From: Stylophora pistillata
Lineage: Eukaryota
Assembly: GCF_002571385.2 (NCBI RefSeq)
Contig: NW_019218157.1
Coordinates: 75,752-139,751 of the forward strand
Reading direction: 5' to 3'
DNA length: 64,000 bases
Positions 25,046 through 38,039 of this stretch are shown piece after piece. A program made the translations under genes and the position numbers. The number at the start of each line of letters is the position of its first letter. Positions within the stretch are counted from its first letter, which is position 1. Below the pieces are notes generated by a model. It worked only from the letters and a program-made list of their open reading frames with translations, made no database searches and was not told the origin of the DNA.

Positions 25046-25643
25046 GTAAATAGCGCGGTACGAAGTGCGGTAAGAAGCGCAGTCTGTATCGTAAAAAGCC
25101 GGACCGTTTATGGACACGAAATTAGCCAATCAGTTTCTAGAATTTAGGATTACGAAGAGTGTTGGATGGGAAAGTTTGTGGCTTGAGGTCACAATGAACT
25201 TCGTACACAGATCTCACCGTTTAAATGTAACTATACAACCTCTTGGCCGTGGAAGCTCTGGTACGAGACCGAGTCACTATATGATCGACTGCTTCTCCGA
25301 GCTTCAATCTATCTCATCATTTAAAAAGAGAGTTATTGGAAAATCATCTCACGTCATTGACATCTTGTAGGCCCATGGTATGAAGAAGCAAAAGCTTTTC
25401 AATCATGTCTTGTTGAAAAGGGCTTGGCATGGGAAACTCCTCAAACGCTTTAAAAAATTTATTCACTGTACGGATAAAAACTCCAAATGGCATCTGTTCA
25501 ATTTACGGGGCCCACATGAATTACATGAGCGTTTAACTGCTGGTTACGAGTACTGCCGAGACTATTCATGAATGTTTACTTCGTTCAGCATTTGTCTATG
25601 TAAGAAGATTGAGTCGTACGAACATCAACTTTATATCACTTAC

Positions 25644-25778
25644 CTGGTAGTTCGTGCGTGGCGAGTTCTTCTGCTTTCTGCCTTATCCCCGAGTTTAAGA
25701 AGGTGTTTTATTATGAGAGATTTCCATTAGAAGCAGGTGGATCAGGAAAGATAGAATCGGAGGATGCGCCTTTATAAA
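25644..25778 (-). promoter_or_regulatory. Probable TATA box (about 25771-25776) and non-coding first exon of the expansin-CBM14 gene, with donor CAG|GTAAGT after 25644
   Basis: TATAAAGG on the minus strand about 130 nt upstream of a consensus donor. The ATG at 24874 directly follows an acceptor (TTCATTTTGTAG|ATG), which implies an upstream UTR exon. Confidence 0.55.
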
Positions 25779-26031
25779 AGAATTAACCGGTGAGCTTTCT
25801 ATCGCATGATTGCATTCGCCGTGTGGAGCATGACAGGAGATTACGAAAAGTCATTTTTTTTTTAGTTACGTACAAGCAAAGTTACTATTGAGAATCTCCC
25901 CTAGAATTTGAACTGTTGTCATAATGCATCTTCTGTGTGGAAAAAAGGCATATTTTGACATAATCTCCGCAGGAAAAAAAAAACATAAAAAGAGTGTGGA
26001 AGCTAAGATTCATCCAAGAATTGGTGCCTTA

Positions 26032-26785
26032 GGGCCTATCCGCACTAGCAGATAAAACTGAAATTGTCCCGACAAGATCAAAGGACAAATTTTGTCAAGA
26101 CAAATTTTTGTCTCCTCTGTTGCATTCGCACTAAAAGTTTCGAAGCTGTAAAAGCTGTCAAATTCAGTCAACAGCCAAAAATAACACCGATACTGTATTT
26201 CATAGTAATTTATTGAATGTAGCTTTTCCTTTCCCTTTACTTCGAGTGGATGGATCTTGTGCCGCCGCTACTGCTTCATTGTTGGACTGGTAAAGTGGCG
26301 ACTGGATAATCATTCCACCGTTGTAACTTGCACCGGCTGCAAGCAAATTGTTCCCTTTATTATCCTAAGGTGGGACATTCCAGCGCCTAACCTGCTCGCA
26401 AGGGTGGCGGCTTTAATTTTCGTATGGATTTAAACTCCAGTCACCAGGATTCATCTTAAGTTGTCTAAATTTGTAAAATCCGCGAGTTTCGCAGCGAAAG
26501 ACAATCATAGCAATCTTTTGGTAAAACTGAACTCAATTCAGTTACCACACTGGTGTTAGCGTTTACGACAAATGATCGACAAGCTTATCATGGTTTTGTT
26601 TCTTTGGACGATTTTTCCAAGGTTTTACCCTGACAAATGTTGTCAGCGGTGCGCTTGAAAAATTGTCCGCTCCGACCAAAATTTGTCGAGTCGCGACAAA
26701 CCATCCGCACTTGTAGAGTGTTAGTGATGACAGAAAATTATAATTTGTCTAAATAAATATTTTTTTCGCTAGTGCAGATAGGCCC
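26032..26785. mobile_element. Non-autonomous DNA transposon with TIR GGGCCTATCCGCACTAGC (Harbinger-like ends)
   Basis: GGGCCTATCCGCACTAGC at 26032 and GCTAGTGCAGATAGGCCC ending at 26785; TTA on the left flank; no ORF. Confidence 0.7.
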
Positions 26786-26789
26786 CAAT

Positions 26790-27270
26790 TTTAATAATAA
26801 ATAATAATAATTAAAGTTTATTGTCTAACGTGAGGCATGGTTGCCCAATTGCTCGAGCCAGAGGCTCATGTATAAAACGGTTGACTATAAATTAACTCTA
26901 ATTAAAGGTATATTATTAGAAGTACTTAAAACTTTATAGGTAAAAATATATGTTTAGAGTATGAATGATAATTGTAAATTTGTAGGTGATTAATTATAAT
27001 AGTTAAAGGAGTTTAAACATTATGTTCAGTGAAAGATATTGCAGTAGATGAATATGAATAAAAATGACAATGTATGTGTATGTACAATAAAAGTCAAATA
27101 CATGTATTACATTTACAGATTTGTCCTAGAGCGCTAAAATCGAAAGTCTTAAGTTTACTACAGAAATCGCTAAGCTTAGATGCTGTTTTAATTTTGAGCG
27201 TTCACAGCCGGGTCAATTGCCTTAAGAAAAAATCAGGCAAATATCAAACCTGGAATATTATTTTCTATGT
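26790..27270 (-). mobile_element. 5'-truncated LINE 3' end (CR1/L2-like) with (ATT)n tail
   Basis: Minus strand ends ..TACATGAGCCTCTGGCTCGAGCAATTGGGCAACCATGCCTCACGTTAGACAATAAACTTTAATTATTATT. Upstream it encodes a KLKTFDFSALGQICKCNTC-type ORF2 terminus followed by an AT-rich 3' UTR. Confidence 0.6.
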
Positions 27271-27788
27271 ATAACACTTCAAAATTGACGGCACAAACGG
27301 TAATTCGGCTCTTCCCAGAAAAAAGACATGGTTAAGGACCCTATTTTTCCCAGGTTCCCTCGAGGGCCCCTTTTTCCTATGACTCCATTTAGTCCTTAGT
27401 TTCAGTCCCTTTCGAGGTTTTCGTCACGGGCGACACGGGCTTGAAGTTTTGATGGCGGAAATTGTTCAAGGCGGATACTAGAGTGCAGAAAATCTGTGGA
27501 AGTTCCTTCTGTGATTTACTTTTCTAACTACAGTCACAACATACATACGACGACTTAAACAACTTAGTTTTTTCTCTTTCATTTGACGCCGTATCGCGCG
27601 GGATTTTTTCAGCAAAGAACAGATTCCTCTATTCTTGCTTCACTGCTTGCCTCGTTCGGAGAGACGATTTATTGACACCCACAATTTCAGTTTGCAACTA
27701 AAACCTTTTGACTTTTTCTGACGCTACAGATCAAAGGAAAAATTTTATTGACCAATTACGTATACTTTGTGCGGTTGATTTCTTCAAA

Positions 27789-30700
27789 ATGACGATGTAT
27801 CGGGTCATCAAAGTTTCGTTAAAGCTCATTTTTGTGATGGCGAGTATGGTCGTGATGTCTTCCGGTGAGTCCTAATATCATTTACGTTTCTTGATTAAAA
27901 CTTAACGTCAGGATTTATGTTGTTCCCAAATTGTATTCATATGATGTTCGTTTCTGCCTCATTAACAGGAGTGAGTTTAAAGCCCTCTCTTTCAGTTACG
28001 TCGAAAGGAAGCTTGAATCGGGAACGAACTCATTTCATATGCTAAACATGCACGTAGATGTACAGTTAAGCTTCCTTGAACGGAACAATGACATTGGTTA
28101 CGTTTCCTTCAACAGCGTGTCTTTTAGTTAAAATGTATGAAATTGATAAATCAAAAAGCAGCTTTCCCATCACTTAATTGAGTTACACAAGTAATACAAA
28201 GAAACATCACAAATGTACCGAACATGCAATGATGTCTCGTGTTGCCAATGTATTTTTGTCACTATATATAAATCAAGAAGAACGATGTCCGGTAGACTTG
28301 TTAAAAATGATGTGGTTAAGTCTGTAGAGAGATTGACTCACGGCAAATGTTGATAGGTACAGTTATGTTCCTTGTACATGAAACTTTGGAAACGTATTCC
28401 ATTTTATGATGTGACGTATGTGTATTGATCAGCAACATAAACTTAAGAATGCCTTGTAATTCCCCAAGAAGGAAGAGAGAAGTGGTAAGAATGCACCTTG
28501 TCGTTAAATGCTTCAAAAATTGTTATAAGCTACTAGTCACTTAAGCACTGAACTTACTCTAAATTCTCAAGTATTATACATGTGCATGGACATGTCCAAA
28601 CAGAACTTTAAGGAAATGCTTTACGAGTCTGTTTATGTCAACAATTGTTGGTGGAAATGGTACCTGTTCACACCAAAATATTTGTGTTGTCATATGTACA
28701 CTAAAATATATATGCTATCATCAGTTATCAGTCTTATGTGATAAGCTTGGTCATAAAAAAAATTTCATTGGTTTTATCAATGAATGTGAATATATCAAAA
28801 TCATATATGTGCACAGCAGTTTAAAGAAATGTTTGAAAGCAATCCTTGCAGTAATGAACACTACTTATGCAGTAGTGAAAATAAGGCCTGAAAAAAATTC
28901 AGGCCTATATGGGATTTGAACCCATGACCATTGCGATACTGGTGCATGGGAGCTGATCATTATATTTGTTCGTATCAAACCTGTGAAGTGGTGAATCAAT
29001 GAATATGGACACATGAAAATCAAATATGTGCACTGTGGTTTTACATATCAGGGCTTGACACTAACGGTGGCCAACTAGCCACAGACTAGTATAAATTCAG
29101 TTTTGACTAGTGGTTTTCAATTTCCACTAGCCAGTTTGGCTACTAAACAAAGTGAAATTGTTGCAACATCTAAGATGCCACTAGCCACTAGGCTAGTAAG
29201 TTGAAAAGTTAGTGTGGAGTCCTGCATATTAAGTAGCGTTCATTACTGTGAGGAAAATACTTTCATACATTTTTTAAGAAGGCCACAGAGTGAGATCAAG
29301 ATGGTAGTCTTGCTCATTTTTTGAAATTTTGAACTGTCCCATCAAGGGCTTAAGTTATGTTTTGCTAAATAGTGTTCATATATTAACCAAGGATGTGCAA
29401 AGGAAGGACTTTGTAATTGTTCAACTGGTTATTTTCCTCTCTCGATTTATTTATTTTTATTAATTTCAGCTAATTGTAGTGATCCTGGTATTCCTCATCA
29501 TGGTAGTAGAACTGTATGGCCTTCTGGTAGATTTTCTGATGGAACCATCATTATTTTCTCATGTAATTCTTTTTATAATCTCACTGGGGCAAAAAAGATT
29601 TTGTGCAGTAAAGGACGTTGGAGTGGGAAAAGACCCACATGTCAACCACCAGGTATGTATCACTGTTTACTGAGAATTTGTTGATCATGAGAACTAAAAG
29701 AGTCTTGAACATGAGCATGTATGTGCAAACCTTGGATTCTGGTTTAGAGACCAGCTAGGACAATGCTGTTTAATTACTCTGTAGGATGCAAGTAGTGTTC
29801 AATCATATCTTTTCTGATGGGGACCTCTAAGTTAATTGCTAGAGGTCACAACCTGAAGGTAAAAATCTGAAAGGGTTGGATCATAATAAGTTATTTCAGG
29901 TAGATAATAGATAGTTATTCTTTGTTGATTCAATTTTCTACTGAAGATATGAGCTTATTATTGTTAGACTATGGGGGTAGTTTAACAGTCATATGAAATC
30001 TAAAGGTTCAGTTCATTTTTAGTAGCTAGGTGTGCATAACAAGACCAGGGCTTGACACTAACTTTTTAACTTTCTAGCCAAGTGGCTGGTAACAACTTAG
30101 ATGTTACAGCAATTTCAGTTTGTTTACCAACCAAACTGGCTCATGAAAATTAAAAACCACCAACCAAAACTGAATTTCTACTAGTCTGTGGCTAGTTGGC
30201 TACCATTAGTGTCGAGCCCTGAAGGCTGTAAGTGACTTGACNNNNNNNNNNNNNNNNNNNNNTGATGCAAACTGTTTATCTCTCTCCTGTTTAAAGGGAA
30301 GTACAACATAATTTTAGAGGAGAATCTAGCAGTTTATTGGGAGTCACTAAATAAATGTAGCTTTTTTCATCCATGTGTTCAATTTTAGCAGGATACTTAT
30401 TCAAATAATATATAACATAGCTTGTAAATTCGTGCAATCAAATTCAATAGCGTGAGCATGCTTCAATTTTCCATTGTGCATGATGGTGACGACAGCAAAC
30501 AAATGCCTCGTGAAAAAATTTTTTTCTCGCAAGTGACTTGAGCATTTTTCATTAGAAACGGGAAAAAATTTCGCAAAAAAGTTAAACTAGACATGGCAAC
30601 AAGCGAACAAGCCAATGAAGATCTGCCTACTTTTTCTTTGGGAATGGATTTTTAACTCCTGAGAAAGAATCCAGAGAAAGGGAAAACAAAACAATCAGCG

Positions 30701-32513
30701 TATTCATCTGTTTTGGGACTTTAACTTCATTTCCACACATGAATGCACCTGTCAGTTTTTGACCAATCTGAGACAAGATCATTGAAGCATGACAAAATAC
30801 TCTTCCGAAACAAAATAAACAATGCATTGAAGCGGAGGAGAGGGAATTTCTGCCCTTTATACATAAACTACAGCGTGCAAAATGTTATAAAACAGTTGGT
30901 TCTTACATCAGCTGTGCGTTCATCAAGACATGAAGCACTTGGGAAGTTTGGGGAGCATTCATAAAGCTAGAGTTGCTCGAGGCTATGCCTCGAGCAACTC
31001 TTACGCATCTTTCGTGCTCTTCAAACTTCCTGCATACTTCATATTTCGATGAACGCACGCTGACGTATGAACCAATTGTTAAATGATAACTGACAATAAT
31101 GGTAAACTGATAATAAGGTTTGTCTAGAGAGGGGAACACTTGATAGCATTAAAAACACTGATAAAAGCATGGCTCTCTTTGAATAATTTAATTCCAATAA
31201 CCTGAATCAAAACCCAAGTAGAAGTAGGTAAACTTTTCAGCTTTTTATGAACATGGTGGAGTTCAACCCAAGGCCAGTAAGAATCAGTCCATCTGGCACT
31301 TGGAGTAGGACTGGAATCCAGAACCTCCCCTTTGAGATTGTGATGCTCTCACCACCAGACTATACTTCCTACTAAAAATTTAGTGTAATCTTTTACACCC
31401 TAATATCAGGACTCATATTCTCCATACTGTTCTCTATACATTGATTGGGGTGCTGACAAGGAGAATTTGTTCAGCAATCAAGAGCTCCTCTAGTTGGTGA
31501 TCATTTCCTTTATTCCGCTGACCTTTATGTATGATTCAGGTGTAAAAATGTAAGGAGAAATTAGATGTTAATCCCTCTTAGGGTTCAGTGGGGTACAAGG
31601 TATATTGTGCTGTTGCTTTTCACAGGTTGTCCGTTGCCAACACCTAATTTTCCCAATGCACATCTGAAATATCAATCACTGCAAAACACCAAAGGGAGTT
31701 ATGTGGAGTATGCCTGTAATATAGGCTACACATCTAACGGAAGACCTACAAAGATCCTGTGTGACAAGGACCATGAGTCGCTAGGGTACTTCTGGAATGG
31801 TAACATCACCTGTGAAAGTAAGTGTTGTAATTGATATTGCTCCCAGCTCCATAGTAATTATCCCCCTGTATAATGTTTATATATTACACGACTCGGGCAG
31901 TCAGAGGGCCAATAACTAAAATTAACCAATCAAAATGCTCTATTGCCAGTCCAATATTCTCTAAGTATTGGACTGGCACTGTCCCGAATGGTCCCGAATG
32001 ATACCGCACTTGTGTCTCTTTGAACTTCAGTCGTATAATAAATCTCTTATTAACCAAGCTTGCTTGGGACCGTACTGGAAGAAGATCGGCCCTCAGTCTT
32101 TTTTGTACGGACCTCGCTGCGCTCGGTGCGTACTGTCAAGACCTCGGGCCGATATTCTCCCAGTACGGCCCTCGCGCTTGGTTAATAAGATATGTATATA
32201 TATTTGCAATGAAGAAAAATTCAAGTAAAGAAAATATTTTGGTGTAGCAGACAAAATTATCCTGATTTGAACAAACTAAGTGCACTTAGGCGTAGAAAAT
32301 GTACATTAACCATGAGAGGTGTGAGAACCCACATCTTTAGTGATAACCAAGATACAGTTATTAAAATTGTCTTTGTTAAGGATTGCTATTTTTTTTAAAA
32401 ATTGTACATGTACTTACTGTATTTAAATTTTTCTTTTCATTAGCTCTACTGTAAATTGTGTAAGAATTTGATAAATTTATAAATTTATAGTATAAGTGGT
32501 GTTATATAAATCC

Positions 32514-32547
<34 letters not shown>

Positions 32548-34832
32548 GTATTAAGATACAACATACAACTGGCAAACACCCTCAGATATATTATGTAACA
32601 GTGCTACAGTATGTCTTTATCTGTTATTTATATGTTCACCAGAAATAAGATGTGGTCGTCCTCCAAGGATTGCTCACGGCAATGTCACCACTGGTCCTCA
32701 CTCAGATGGCGCCAGAACAATGGCAACATATTATTGTTTTTCTGGCTATAAGTTGCTAGACTATAACAGAAAGCAACAGCCAATATTTAGAATGTCATGT
32801 GTGGATGGTTCAGGAGGAGGAGTCTGGCAAACACAATATCTACCTAAATGCGGTAAATGTGCCATTTTGATGACGAAATTACCAAGCTTTGAAAGTCTGC
32901 ATGCAATAACTGAACACCAGTCAACTACAGAGTGTTTTAATTTTTTCCCCCAGTGTGATCAAAATATGTCTGTCTGTGTATTTATCTGTATGTTTCTTTT
33001 ATGTTTGCGTGGCTAATTTTACCAATCTTTCTTTCATTTTATTTTTTATTTTTACATAAGTTACTGTTTATAGATTTCATAATGTAATTATTCAGTTATC
33101 ATAGCTTCAAAAGCTTGCACAACACTATTATTTAAATTTTTTCATGCTATCCCAACTGTGTCAACCAATTAAAATGGATAGCTTGAGTTTTAGCTTTAAA
33201 TAGATGTAAAGGCGAGAAAGTACATTGGATATGAGTAGTTCAGATCATTCCCTTTTACTTTCTTGATAATGGAAATTGGATGGCTTTAAAATGTGAAAGA
33301 TTTCAGTCTCCTTGGAAACTTTTTCAATTTCTGGGAGTTTGCTCTCAATGAGAAGACATTCCATTTGGAAACAGTGGAAGTAAACCTCATTATTTCATGC
33401 AGAGGGATAAAGTTTTGGCAGGACAGGGCTTGTAGACCTAACTTGTAACACTTGCAGTGTTAACTTAATGGTTATGAACTGGTTGTAACACACTGTTTAT
33501 TCTTCTCCCTCAGTAAAAACCTGCCCCACATCAGATGTTACAATTGACCATGGTGAAGTCAAAAGTAACCCGTTTTACGAGGGCTCATACAATTTCACAG
33601 AAAATATGACTGCAATTTTTGTTTGTGAAGATCATTATAAGCTTGAAGGTAATCAAAAGCCAAAATGTATGGAATCTGGACTTTGGTCTGCCAAGGCGCC
33701 TCGCTGTGGTATGTGAGAAAACAATTATGTCTTGTATTATATTGTTAAGTGCTTTGTTGAGTGGCAGGTTCTGGGTATTCTTTTTTTCGTTTTTGTGTCT
33801 TTGCTTGTCTTCGGCTTTTTGTTGTTGTTGTTGTTGTTTTGTAGTCGTTTTTATTCATTTTAAGATTTTCAAAATATTTATAATAATTATATCTTCTTTT
33901 TTTTTTCTTTAATTTTGTTCTTTTTTTAATGTTTTTAATTTTTAAACAGATCACACTACTCTGTATGCCTTTCCTTTAGTATTATTGAATAATCAGAATC
34001 CTAATTAGTTGGGGATCATTCTCTTAAATCTCATGTTTGCTTTAATTTGTCAGCTGTGCTGTTGTCAGGAGAAATTAGGTGCTGATCACTATTTAATATG
34101 GGTTGTAGGTTAGCTTCTACGATTAATTCACATACATGTAGATGTAAAACCTTCCTAACAACAACTGAACATAAAAGCATTCACGATTGAATGTCGAAGG
34201 GAAAAGAGAAACAAAGCAATTACATTAGCGAATCAGAACGAAGGATGATACCACAACGAGCCAATGAAAAAAGGTGATAGTAAAAACTACAAAACCGCCA
34301 AAAGCGCGGGAACACGCGCCCGTGTGACCAAGGCGCGATGTTTTAGCTCTGAAACCAAGTGGTTGAAGAAGTGGCGCGAATTTTGTGGACCAGTTACGCT
34401 TGATTAAAGATGCTTTTGAATCTGCATCTGCAATAAAATGATGAGAATGTACAAACTTTAAAGACCAGCTGATAGACCAGAATTGTCTTGATGTCATGTA
34501 CATCTGGGGTGGGTTGTTCTGATAGCTTTGAAAGAAAATTAAGTATAATTCTATTTGTCGACAATTTAATGAGTGAATGCTCTTAAAAGATTAGAAGAGA
34601 GAAAATTATCCTGAAAAGGCTTTTGAACAGAAGAAAAAAGAAACTCAGATCAAAAATTTTACTTTGGGTTTGCGCTGATCGACCTTCGATCAACTGGGCC
34701 CTGAACTATGTTTAAACGAATAAAAGTTGAAAGTTTCTGAAGAAACTGTGGTGCTGCGTCGGTGGGGATAACAAAGTAATTTGGTTCTATCAACTAAGTT
34801 GAAATTGTAAACTGGCCACCGTAACGAGTGAA

Positions 34833-34865
<33 letters not shown>

Positions 34866-37025
34866 GAGCGAAACACCAGCTTTTTTTACTCGTTACGGTG
34901 GCCAATTTACAATTTCAACTATGTTTCAAACGAATGTGTAACAGCTACGTGTAGGAGGTGAGGATCAATTTAACCTTGCTGAATTTTATCTTTCCCGTGA
35001 TGCTTGCAGTTTTAAACGTCTGTGAACGTCTTGAAAATATAACAAATGGCGGGATCACATTTAATAATAGCAAAGCCAGAGCGACAAAGGCTCCTATTTG
35101 GACAGAAGCCAGTTACAAATGCCACGTTATGTATAGACTTATTGGTAATAGTACACGGCAGTGTCGACCTGGAGGCCACTGGAGTGGACAAAGTAACCCA
35201 TTCTGTGAAGGTAAGCTGAGTGGATTCTACTACGAGACGATAACGTTATATAACATCCCGATGCGCTAACGTTATATAACATCCAGATGCGCTGTTAAGA
35301 CCTGATAGTTTGAACCTAAAAATAATTAGAGGGAACGAGCCAATCGAAGAGCGTTGTAAAACCAAACCCACATTACAGTGAGAACTCTTACATGAGTGAA
35401 CCAATCTGCTGGCCATCAGCACTAGAAAATGAAACTTACTTGACACGCAGCCATTTGAGCTCTTTTGATTACTATGATCTTTCAGAATCTAAGCTGACGT
35501 GCCAGAGATTGGATCTTGCCAACGGTGGATATAAACCCGCTATTGACGAGTATCGCCTTAATCAACAAATTACACCATCTTGTAATCGCGGCTATTTGCT
35601 GTGGGGGCCGCCGAGTCTAACTTGCAAGGATTACAGTGACGATGCAGCAGACTGGCTGTATCTAGGCTGTGTCAAGACTAACGGTAATCGTGAACTTTAT
35701 TGTGACAACACCAAGTTTCCAGAGTGTGTAACGCTAGAAGAATTCGAGGAGAATTGCCAAAAGGTGGGTGGTCATGCAACGGATGTCTCGAAGAAAGGCA
35801 AACAATCTATGAGCTGTGAGATGTCAGCATTGGAAGAAGTGCCTGGTATGTTGCAGTCTTTTGTGTAGTGCATCTGCGCAATATTTTTTTGTAGTGGGCT
35901 CTTGGTTACAGTACAAGACACCAAACTCTCACAAGGCCTCTCTCCAATCAGGAGTATACATAGCTACCACCTGATAGGCAAGTCAAGGCCAGGAAACCGC
36001 TTGGGGGGTGGGGAAGGGGAAGGGAAGGGAGAGGGGGAGGGGGAGATGGTGACCATCGACCGCCATCTCATTCCAAGGGAATGAAAACACTCCCAGTCGC
36101 CTTAAGGAAACCGGGATAAACTACGACAATGCCGACAGCTTGGCTTATATGTAGACTACGCCGTGATCCTTTATGGATGTTGGAAAAAAGCCGCAATTGT
36201 GAAGTCAAACGCAGAACCGCCTTGAAACCTCATATATATTCGTTTGTTTTTGTTTCTTTTTTAATGCATTTGTTTGTTGATATGATTTTTGCTTCTCTCA
36301 AAGATGTGCCCGACGAGTCTCAACAGCCAAATAGGGAATTGGATAAGATGACAATTGTAATCGCAAGTACAGGCTCAACCTTGGGTGCTTTGGTCGTTTT
36401 ATTAGCAGCCCTATATTGCTTTCGACAACGAATCCGAAGAATCCGGCGCCCTTCGTACAGGAGTCGACGATACAGCGACGATGATAGGATCGCGTTCATT
36501 GCATACGCGGGAGACGTGCATTTTATTTTGCCATCGTATGACGAGGCTATTAGTCAAGTGGAGCGCTCTCCCCCTTCGTTCGAATCAGTTGTAGAAGGTA
36601 CTCAAGGTAGTGCCAATCGATCTACAACAGACAGTAATGGCAATCAGAATACCAACCAGTCTGGTAACACAGACTCAAATCATACGGCTGCAAATACAAA
36701 CCGCGCTACCGAAGATGATGACTTAAGAACTGACCAAGAACTAGCCCAAGGACAGTCGATCCGTATAGTTAGTAATCCACTAGCAAACAACGGGCGCGAT
36801 ACGATTTGTAGTTCAACAACTCAAAACGCTGATCACGCATCCAGTAGCGAAAGCGAAAGAAGAGTTGGGTTCTCCGACGAACATACATGTTTAAACGCCT
36901 GCGGTAAAGAGTCGTCGCCGAATCGTCCGTCCGAAGATATCTCGAGTTCCTCCTCGGAGGAAGACCTCACATCCAACCAAACGCAGCCGTTGCTCTCGAA
37001 CAGTCGAATGGGTGTTAGGATGTGA
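27789..37025 (+). CDS. Type I membrane protein with six sushi/CCP modules and PY motifs (SUSD4/SUSD6-like architecture). Exons 27789-27864, 29470-29652, 31626-31817, 32643-32852, 33514-33708, 35010-35210, 35486-35845, 36304-37025
   Basis: Signal exon MTMYRVIKVSLKLIFVMASMVVMSS. Each phase-1 exon encodes a CCP module (e.g. CSDPGIPHHG..FSCNSFYNLTGAKKILCSKGRWSGKRPTC). TM IVIASTGSTLGALVVLLAALYCF followed by RQRIRRIRR; tail LPSYDEA and PPSFES. An N gap at 30242 could hide another exon. Confidence 0.88.
28780..29270 (-). repeat. Degenerate tRNA-related repeat, interrupted by a MITE
   Basis: AGGCCTGAAAAAAATTCAGGCCTATATGGGATTTGAACCCATGACC is the reverse complement of the element at 46340-46550. Confidence 0.65.
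29049..29224 (+). mobile_element. 176-bp MITE, TIR CAGGGCTTGACACTAA, 5-bp TSD CATAT (hAT5-like)
   Basis: CATAT|CAGGGCTTGACACTAAC...GTTAGTGTGGAGTCCTG|CATAT. Confidence 0.75.
30046..30221 (-). mobile_element. Second copy of the same MITE in opposite orientation
   Basis: Its reverse complement aligns end to end with 29049-29224; flanks AAGAC / AAGGC. Confidence 0.75.
30242..30262. other. Assembly gap (N run) in intron 2 of the sushi gene
   Basis: N characters. Confidence 0.99.
30405..31085. mobile_element. Non-autonomous repeat with a long subterminal hairpin
   Basis: Hairpin AGAGTTGCTCGAGGC-TAT-GCCTCGAGCAACTCT with imperfect outer arms; family and boundaries uncertain. Confidence 0.45.
31878..32200. 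mobile_element. Interspersed repeat with inverted TCTTATTAACCAAGC / GCTTGGTTAATAAGA arms
   Basis: Visible inverted repeat (about 32045-32190) inside an intron; no credible ORF. Confidence 0.5.
34835..34869 (-). ncRNA. Minimal hammerhead ribozyme motif within a Penelope-derived palindromic repeat (34730-34920)
   Basis: Minus strand GCU-CUGACGA-A-GGGC-UAAC-GCUU-GAAA-C-GUC-AGC: intact core, GUC cleavage triplet, short helix I. Confidence 0.6.
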
Positions 37026-38039
37026 TCGATATCTCGGATTTGATGTAACGGAACTTAAATGTGTTAAGCCTATATTCAGTGTCGGCTACTGGTAAATTGC
37101 TGATTCCAAAAAATGATCGGTAGATAGAAAAAGAGAAAAAAAAAGAGCATCAGATGCCAAATTTCGTGACAGGGGTCTTCTGGTTTGAGAAATAGCGTTC
37201 AAACGATGAGATTCGAAGGGTAATAATTACTTTTGTGTAATAATTTTTGCTTCAATTTTTTTTTTTTGAGGGGGGGGGGTTATTTCTCATCTTTATTTTT
37301 ATATTTATTGCTATTTCGATTTACAGTATCTGTTTCTTAGAATGGGCAGGGGATTAAAATGAAGCTTGGTTTAACCAAATGAGAGAGAGAACAGCATCAA
37401 TACGTTTTTCTTTCCGTGTTTCTTTGCTTTTTTATGTTCATCATCCCCCCCCCCCAACTTTTGATTGTTACAGCCATCCCTGAATACAGTCCCAACGAAA
37501 GAAAACAAAATTACATAGTTACTTTCTCATAAAATAAGATATTTTTTGATGAAACGATTACTGTTTTGCCTAAACTTATATTTTGAGTCCTCGACTTATG
37601 TACCTACATGTATATGCTCGTTAGATATCTAATGCCCGTGTCTTGTGATTGTTCTCTTTTGCTTGTAAAGCAAACTTTGGAAATCCTTGAATTACTTCAG
37701 TTTTTACCAAGCATGTATGGTTCTTACGGTGTATTTTCAAGTATATCACGCAGAGGTAGCAGGTTAGGACAGTCGATTAAAACTGAATGCGGAAATAAAA
37801 ACTGTGCTGACATTGTAATTGGAGATCCAGTGAACCATTTTTTTTTCTTTGTCTTTTTTGACTGAATGAATGCATGGAAACTATGATTGATATGCTCTTA
37901 CATAGTCAGTCACATGCTACAAACCCAGCAAAAACATACAAGAAAGAAATGTGAGGGGTTTCCTAACCAGTTACTTCTGCCTCTTTAATGTTTTTACACT
38001 TTCTTAAAAGAGAGTAGCCAAATAGTGTAAAGGTTAGCC

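Noticed and set aside
25350-25410. Alternative first coding exon MIEKLLLLHTMGLQDVND for the expansin gene
   Set aside because: Phase-compatible but a poor signal peptide; exon 24874-24812 has an acceptor, ATG, hydrophobic core and donor.
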